Assembly (NCBI RefSeq): GCF_006345805.1
Contig: NC_042999.1
Location: 2,728,001-2,792,000 of the forward strand
DNA from: Octopus sinensis
Lineage: Eukaryota
Direction of reading: 5' to 3'
Length of the DNA: 64,000 nt
Shown here: in pieces, positions 57,401-64,000 of the stretch
Layout of the letters: every line of letters starts with the position of its first letter
How positions within the stretch are numbered: the stretch's first letter is position 1
Made by a program: the position numbers and the translations under genes
Notes under the pieces: model-generated
Told to the model about the DNA's origin: nothing
What the model saw: the letters and a program-made list of their open reading frames with translations, nothing else
The model's database searches: none

Positions 57401-58130
57401 TTTGATATATTGACTATACACCTCCCCTACAAAGATTGTTTTAGTTTCCCCTATGAAGATATTACGAAGTTCATTAAAGGACAGCGAAGTACACTTGAGA
57501 TTGTGTGTGACAAGTAAAAATAGACAAAGATACAATCAATGGTTTCACAATGATTTCTAAGTAAAATGTGTCACAACTTCTGGACCAGCAAAGAGTCAAT
57601 TATAGTACCTTCCATTAAAATTTCATTCTAATTTGTGCTCCAGACTTCTTAATGACAAAATTATTTCACTAAATTCTTCGTTATTTTAAACATCAATTCA
57701 AACAAAGCAACGTATTTAAACAGAAATAAGTTAACAAACTGACTAAAGATATCTTAATTCTAAACCACCCATCAAAATTTCATATTAATTTAAGTTCCAA
57801 GTTTAGGTTTAATGTACCAACTTCATTATTTTGAAAATTAATTTAAACAAAACTAGTGTATTTCACCAGAAATATATAACAAAAGGTTTGAATATATTTA
57901 TCCGAATGTGTCATTTTCTTATTGCGTTTTGGTTTGTTAGTTTAATCCCTTGGATTTCAGCTATTTTGACTTTATGATTTGGTAAAGAGCAAGAAAATAC
58001 TGGGGTTCCTTACATGGATATAAGTAATCCTGCCTTAAAGTTCAGCTCTTGTTTAATGACCTTTCCCACCACTCCTTTCACACTCACACCTATGACTAAT
58101 GCTGTTGCCACACCAAACTATCTGGTGCTA

Positions 58131-58560
58131 TCATCATCATCATTTAACATCCGTTTTCCATGCTAGCATGGGTTGGACAGTTCGATCGGGGTCTGGAAAG
58201 CCAGGAGGCCGCACCAGGCTCCAGTCTGATCTGGCAGTGTTTTTACAGCTGGATGCCCTTCCTAACGCCAACCACTCCGTGAGTGTAGTTGGTGTTTTTT
58301 ATGTGTCACCGGCACAGGTGCCAGGGGAGGCTGGCAGCGACCATGATCAGTTGGTGCTTTTTACGTGCCACCGGCACAGAAGCCAGTCAAAGCGGCACTG
58401 GCATCGGCCCCATACTGATGGTGCTTTTTACGTGCCACCAGCACAGGTATCACAACTACAATTTCCATTTGATTTCTATTTTGATGTTGATGTACTTGAC
58501 TCAATAGGTCTCCTCAAGCACAGCAGGTCACCCTATGATTGAAGGTAAGCACAGCAGATC
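58131..58560 (-). mobile_element. RTE 3' UTR copy
   Basis: CATCATTTAACATCCGTTTTCCATGCTAGCATGG start, plus subrepeats. Confidence 0.85.
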
Positions 58561-59848
58561 GTTCTGCAATCCAAGGTACTTTGGATGGGCAGGGGCTATG
58601 TGAAACTGGTGCAGGAAACAGCCATGAACTCACAATCAATACCACTTAATTCAAGCAACTGCAACTACTTAAACTGTAAGTTAGGTAATTCCCTTTGTCA
58701 CAGCACATTAGAATGGCCTGCCAATAAATAACAACATGATCCTTTGAACTCTTTGATAATGTATTGTTTTGCTATTTGAAAATAGGAATCTTTCCCGAAA
58801 TATTTTTAGATTATTAACCTATGTAAAGTAATACAGTACCTTTTCTTTTTGTTCTTATTCATTGACATCACCTTACATATTTTGCTTAACTCCTCACCTG
58901 CATTACTCAAAGGTTCCTACAAAGATCTCATTTACAGATACTGTGCTACTTCATGCAAAATATTTTTTGCTCTCATGTGCAAAAAATACTACTTTTAAAA
59001 CTAAAAATTTTGAAAACGTGATGAAAAAAATCTACTACTCACCTTGTATTATTAATTAAACTTGTGTTTAATAAAATTATCAATAATATGCTTTTCCAGT
59101 TATTAATATTGATTTTCAAAAGCTATGAATCATATTTAAAAAGAAAGCCACCTTTGAAAGCACTGAGAAACCTTTTGATGTGTATCATTTGAGAAACACT
59201 ATTCTAATCACTTGATTGTAAACTAGTGAGAATAAACTTGGGTCTCCTCCTTCTGAGGCTGATAAAGAGGAGAATTGTTTGTATTACTATATTAGTAGGT
59301 GTGGTTGGTTGACTATGCTAATATCATAAGCATCGGGGAGTGTAGGTGACAACTGCAGTATTAGGTGACCTAGCATGTAATGGTGGTGAAGGTGTGAAAA
59401 GGAGTGGTGGGAAAATAATATTAAACAATTGCTGAACTTTTAAAACAAGGTTGTTGCTGGTTGCCAGTGGTAGCAGTGATAGTAAGGGGTCTGTCACCAT
59501 CTTCATCAATATCATTGTTGTTGTTGATATTGTTGCTTAGTGGTTTAATCCTAGATCAGGCCTGACCATGCCACTCCATGTTGAAACAGATGGTCTAAAT
59601 GTCTGTATCTGGACTTTTGATATTACTAAGGCTACATTGTCCAAAATATCCTTCACTTTTCTGAAAACTTTAGGGTACGACTCCAAGAGAATTTAACTGT
59701 TATTTTTAGCAGTTTCTGTAACCAGGTTAAGATCCCCACCCCACCTACACATTGGTTTGTGATATGTAATATTCAGTAATCTTTGCAGTACGCTATACAT
59801 TCCTTCTGTAAAACTATACTTCAATTTAGAAATTGATACATACATACA

Positions 59849-59943
<95 letters not shown>

Positions 59944-60119
59944 ATGTATGGCACATACACATATAGTGTACACATACATATATGTTACATAGATACACAC
60001 ACATATCTTTATAAAGAGATAAATAAATAGATCAATAGAAAGAAAGAAAAACGAAGTGAAGAACTAAACATGTAAGTGTATGTATGTATGTGCATACACA
60101 CACACACACACACACACAC

Positions 60120-60172
<53 letters not shown>

Positions 60173-60737
60173 ATACAAAGAGAAAGAGAGAAAATTAGAA
60201 AAAAAATAAAGTAAAGTTAAGAAAGAAAAGAGAGAAGTTGAACAAAGAAGTTTTGCTGCATTGATAACATGCAACAACTAGTAACTGCAATTGCCGAAAG
60301 ACAGGACAGGAATCAATTTTATTGCTTCCTTCCTTTCTTCTTTCCTTTCTTCCCTCCTTCCTTCCTTACTTACTTACCACTCTCCTCCTTTCTCACCTCC
60401 TTACTCGTCGAATTACCACTGGAGCGACGACTGGAAACTATTGCAACTATTGAGTAGTTTACTGTGCCAATGCAGCACTGAAGAACGGGTCAGAATCTAT
60501 GTTGGCAGTTAAGCATAACCGAAATCATTGCCGCTAACGCTAACACCTCTACGAGTAACAGCAAATCCACTGACACTGACATCAACAACACCACCGACCC
60601 TCCACCACCACACACACACCATCGCCAGCACCAAAACAACATTTAACAACACCACCACTACCACCAACTTCAACATTCCACACACAGATTCAAACACATT
60701 TCTTTGTATTTTATTCAGATTTACTTATCACATTATT

Positions 60738-61150
60738 CATCATCATCATCGTCATCATCATCATCATCGTTTAACATCCGCTTTCCATGCTAGCATGGGT
60801 TGGACGATTTGACTGAGAACTGGCGAACCAGATGGCTGCACCAGGCTCCAATCTGATCTGGCAATGTTTTTTACAGCTGGATGCCCTTCCTAACGCCAAC
60901 CACTCCAAGAGTGTAGTGGGTGCTTTTACGTGCCACTGGCACGAAGGCCAGTCAGGTGGTACTGGCAATAGCTACGCTCAAATGGTGTCTTTTACATGCC
61001 ACCTGCACAGGAGCCAGTCCAGCAACACCGGCAACGACCTCACTCGAATGTTTTTTTAATTGCCACTTGCACAAGTGCCAGTAAGGTGATGCTATTAACA
61101 ATAACGCTCGAATGGTGCTTTTTAAGTGCCACCAGCACATAAAAAGCACC
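60738..61150 (-). mobile_element. RTE 3' UTR copy with long (CAT)n tail
   Basis: Same family signature. Confidence 0.85.
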
Positions 61151-61217
61151 ACTATCATTATTATTATTATTATTATTATCATTATTATTATTATTATTAT
61201 CTTCATCATCATCATTT

Positions 61218-61432
61218 AAGGTGTTGAGCTGGCCGAACTGTTAGCGTGCTGGACAAAATGCTTAGCGGTATTTCACCCATTACTACATTCTGACATCAAA
61301 TTCCGCTGAGGTTGACTTTGCCTTTTGTCCTTTCAGAGTCGATAAATTAAATACCAGTGAAACACTGGGGTTGATGTAATTGACTTGTCCCTTTCCCCCA
61401 AACTGCTACCCTTGTGGCAAAATTTGAAACCC
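61218..61432 (+). mobile_element. SINE family C
   Basis: Ends AAATTTGAAACCC-TTATTATT. Confidence 0.85.
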
Positions 61433-61439
61433 TTATTAT

Positions 61440-62010
61440 TATTATCATCATTGAGTGAGAGAGCTGTGCATGCCATCACAGTGACACTGGGGTTAAAATA
61501 TACGAAACCCAGTATACCCATCATTACCCGTCTGATAAGGGTACACCAGGCACATGCATCACAACCATATGTGCGCAACATGGTGATTTCATATCAAGAT
61601 AAACAGCGCATTGACCTTGCATGTGGGATTCTGTTAGAATTCCCTTCTGGTCGAGGAACCCATCCCGCTCAAAAGGTCCCTGAATAAAGGTTGTTTAAGG
61701 ATGTTGAACGAAAGACCCATGTTTCCAAAACTGAATTATCCAAACCCCAAAGAATCCCTCTCAACACATGGCTATGATGCTCCCCCACTACTTCTGCTCA
61801 TGATCAGAGATGCACATATCATCAGCCACCAAGGGACATGGTCAACTGGTTGAGGTCAAGCAACTGACAAGCAAATCTGTGAAATTGAGCAGAATATTTG
61901 CTGTAGCCTATCTTTTATACTAAGACAAAACAATGTACATGATAACACTTCCAATCAGTTAAGAGCAGAAGCCATGAGAGCCACTGCCTGGTACTGCATC
62001 AGGGCATTTA
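61440..62010. mobile_element. ~570-bp unclassified element between (TTA)n runs
   Basis: Complex sequence bounded by TTA repeats on both sides, like the R4/Dong insertions; no motif recognised. Confidence 0.35.
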
Positions 62011-62091
62011 TTATTATTATTATTATTGTTATTATTGTTATTATTATTATTATTATTATTGCTACTGTTATCATCTTCATCATAATCCTTT

Positions 62092-63250
62092 AAGGCGGTG
62101 AGCTGGCCAAACCGTTAGCATGCTGGGGAAAATGCTTAGTGGCATTTTATCCGTCTTTATGTTCTAAGTTCAAATGCTGCTGAGGTCGATTTTGCTTTCA
62201 TTCTTTCAGGGTCAATAAAACACTGGTTCAATGTAAACAACTAGTCTCCTCTCTTAAAATTTCAGGCCTTGCACCTATAGTAGAAAGGATCATTACTATT
62301 ATTATTATTATTATTATTATCTTCCTCATCATCATATTTACAGTGGTGAGCGGGCCAACCCGTTAGTACGTTGGGGAAATGCTCCTCGGCATTTCATCTG
62401 TCTTTACGTTCTGGGTTCAAATGATGTTGAGGTCAACTTTGTTTTCCATCCTTTCAGGGTCAATAAAATAAGTACCAGTTGAGCACATTTTCAGTTCAAA
62501 TTCTGCTGAGGTTGATTTTGCTTTTCATTCTTTCGGGGTCAATAAATTAAGCACCAGTGAAACACTGGTGCCGAGGTAAACAACTGGTCTCCTCCTCCAA
62601 AATTTCATGCCTGGTACTTATAGTAGAAAAGATTATTATTTATTTATTCTTCTTCTTCTTCTTCTTCTTCTTCTTCTCATTATTATTATTATTATTAAGG
62701 CGGCGAGCTGCCAGAAACATTAGCACGCCGGGCAAAATACTTAGCAGTATTTCGTCTGTCTTTACGTTTTGAGTTCAAATTCCGCTGAGGTTGACTTTGC
62801 CTTTCATCCTTTCGGTGTCGATGAATTAAGTACCAGTTGCGTACTGGGGTCGATCTAATCAACTGGCTCCCTCCCCCAAAAAATTTTGGGCCTTGTGCCA
62901 AGTGTAGAAAAGATTATTATTATTATTATCCTCATCATCATATTTACGGCGGTGAGCTGGCCAAAACATTAGCATGCTGGGTAAAATGTTTAATGGCATT
63001 TCATCTGTCTTTGCATCCTGGGTTCAAATGATACCGAAGTCAACTTTGCATTTCATCCTTTCAGGGTCGATAAAATAAGAACCATTCGAGCATATTTTCA
63101 GTTCAAATTCCACTGAGGTTTGCTTTGCCTTTCATCCTTTCGGGATCGATGAAAACCAGCACCAGTCAAGTACTGCAGACGATGTAATCGACTTAGCTCC
63201 CCCCCCCAACCTCACCCCTTCCTTTGCAATTGCTGGCTTTGTGCCAAAAC
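62092..63250 (+). mobile_element. Tandem array of four SINE family C units separated by (TTA)n
   Basis: Repeated TTATTATCCTCATCATCATATTTACGGCGGTGAGC junctions; two units share an internal body duplication. Confidence 0.85.
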
Positions 63251-63399
63251 ATTTGGAACCATTATTATGATTATTATTTGATTTCATTGTTGCTTGGCAA
63301 GAATCCCTCCAATAATAATTCAATCAGTTTACATTGCAGTTTAAAAACCAAACTCCAAATCAAAATAACCACCACCTTCTCCTCTTCCTACTACTTATC

Positions 63400-64000
63400 T
63401 TCTACTGCTTCTTCTTCTTCTCCTTCTTCTCCTTCTTCTTCTTCTTCTTCTTCTACTCACTATTATTACCCTCCTTCTTCTTCCCTTTTATCTTCACATT
63501 GTTGTTGTTGTTCTTCTTCTTCCTCTTCTTTTTCTTATTTCTCGTCTTCTTTTTTCTTCTTCTCTTCTTTTTCTTTTTTCTCGTCTTCTTTTTTCTTCTT
63601 CCTCTTCTTTTTTTCTCCTTTTTCTTATTCTTCACCTTCTTTTCTTCTCTTCTTCTTCCCTTTTTTCTTTGCTTCTTTTTCATTTTCTTTTCTTCGTCTT
63701 CTTCTTCTTCTTCTTCTTCGTCTCCTAATTTTTATTACCCTTCTTCTTTGTCTTCTATTCCTTCTTCTTATTATTATTGCCATCCTCTTTCTTCTTTCCC
63801 TACTTTTTCCTCCCTTTTATCCTCCCCTCCTCTTTCTTTTTCTTCCCTTTTATCTTCACCTTCTTCTTCCTCTTCTTCTTTTTCTTTTTTCTCGTCTTCC
63901 TTCTCTTCTCCCTCTTTTCTTCTTTTTCTTATTCTTCACCTTTTTTTTAACCCTTTCTTCCCTTCTTCCTCTTTTTCTTTGCTTTTTCATTTTCTTCTTT
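63400..64000. repeat. (CTT)-rich pyrimidine low-complexity tract
   Basis: Seen directly; the K/R-rich ORF 63453-63683 is its translation. Confidence 0.92.

Noticed and set aside
59043-59122. Minus-strand 80-nt exon candidate (acceptor TTCATAG, donor AAG|GTGAGT)
   Set aside because: Extremely AT-rich, no recognisable product; consensus sites of this strength occur by chance in 64 kb.
63453-63683. K/R-rich protamine-like ORF
   Set aside because: Reverse strand of a (CTT)-rich low-complexity tract.

Overview
64 kb of strongly AT-rich, microsatellite-saturated animal genomic DNA. The repeat families point to a coleoid cephalopod, probably Octopus; this is an inference from repeat content, not a database result. 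I found no convincing host protein-coding exon, tRNA or rRNA, so the window looks intergenic or intronic. Most ORF-track entries are microsatellite translations. The window is a dense nest of retroelements. It holds a 5'-truncated Penelope-like element (RT + GIY-YIG, 45.0-49.1 kb, minus strand), three RTE-clade LINE remnants, nine or so R4/Dong remnants in (TAA)n, CR1-group 3' ends, at least three tRNA-derived SINE families (called B, C and D/E here), non-autonomous Helitrons, MITEs and DNA-transposon relics. The most interesting signal is a set of eight type I hammerhead-ribozyme-like motifs. One lies in the 3' region of the Penelope element and the rest lie in short (TA)n-flanked elements. 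Several have non-canonical catalytic cores (U3-A8, C4, U6) and palindromic stem III, and two sit in a ~675-bp zero-spacer palindrome. A related insertion folds back exactly at a stem-II-like hairpin. Other highlights are a LINE/SINE shared 3' tail with compensatory stem changes and an apparent partitioning of retroelements among microsatellite types. Many TE boundaries are approximate (about +/-10-20 bp).
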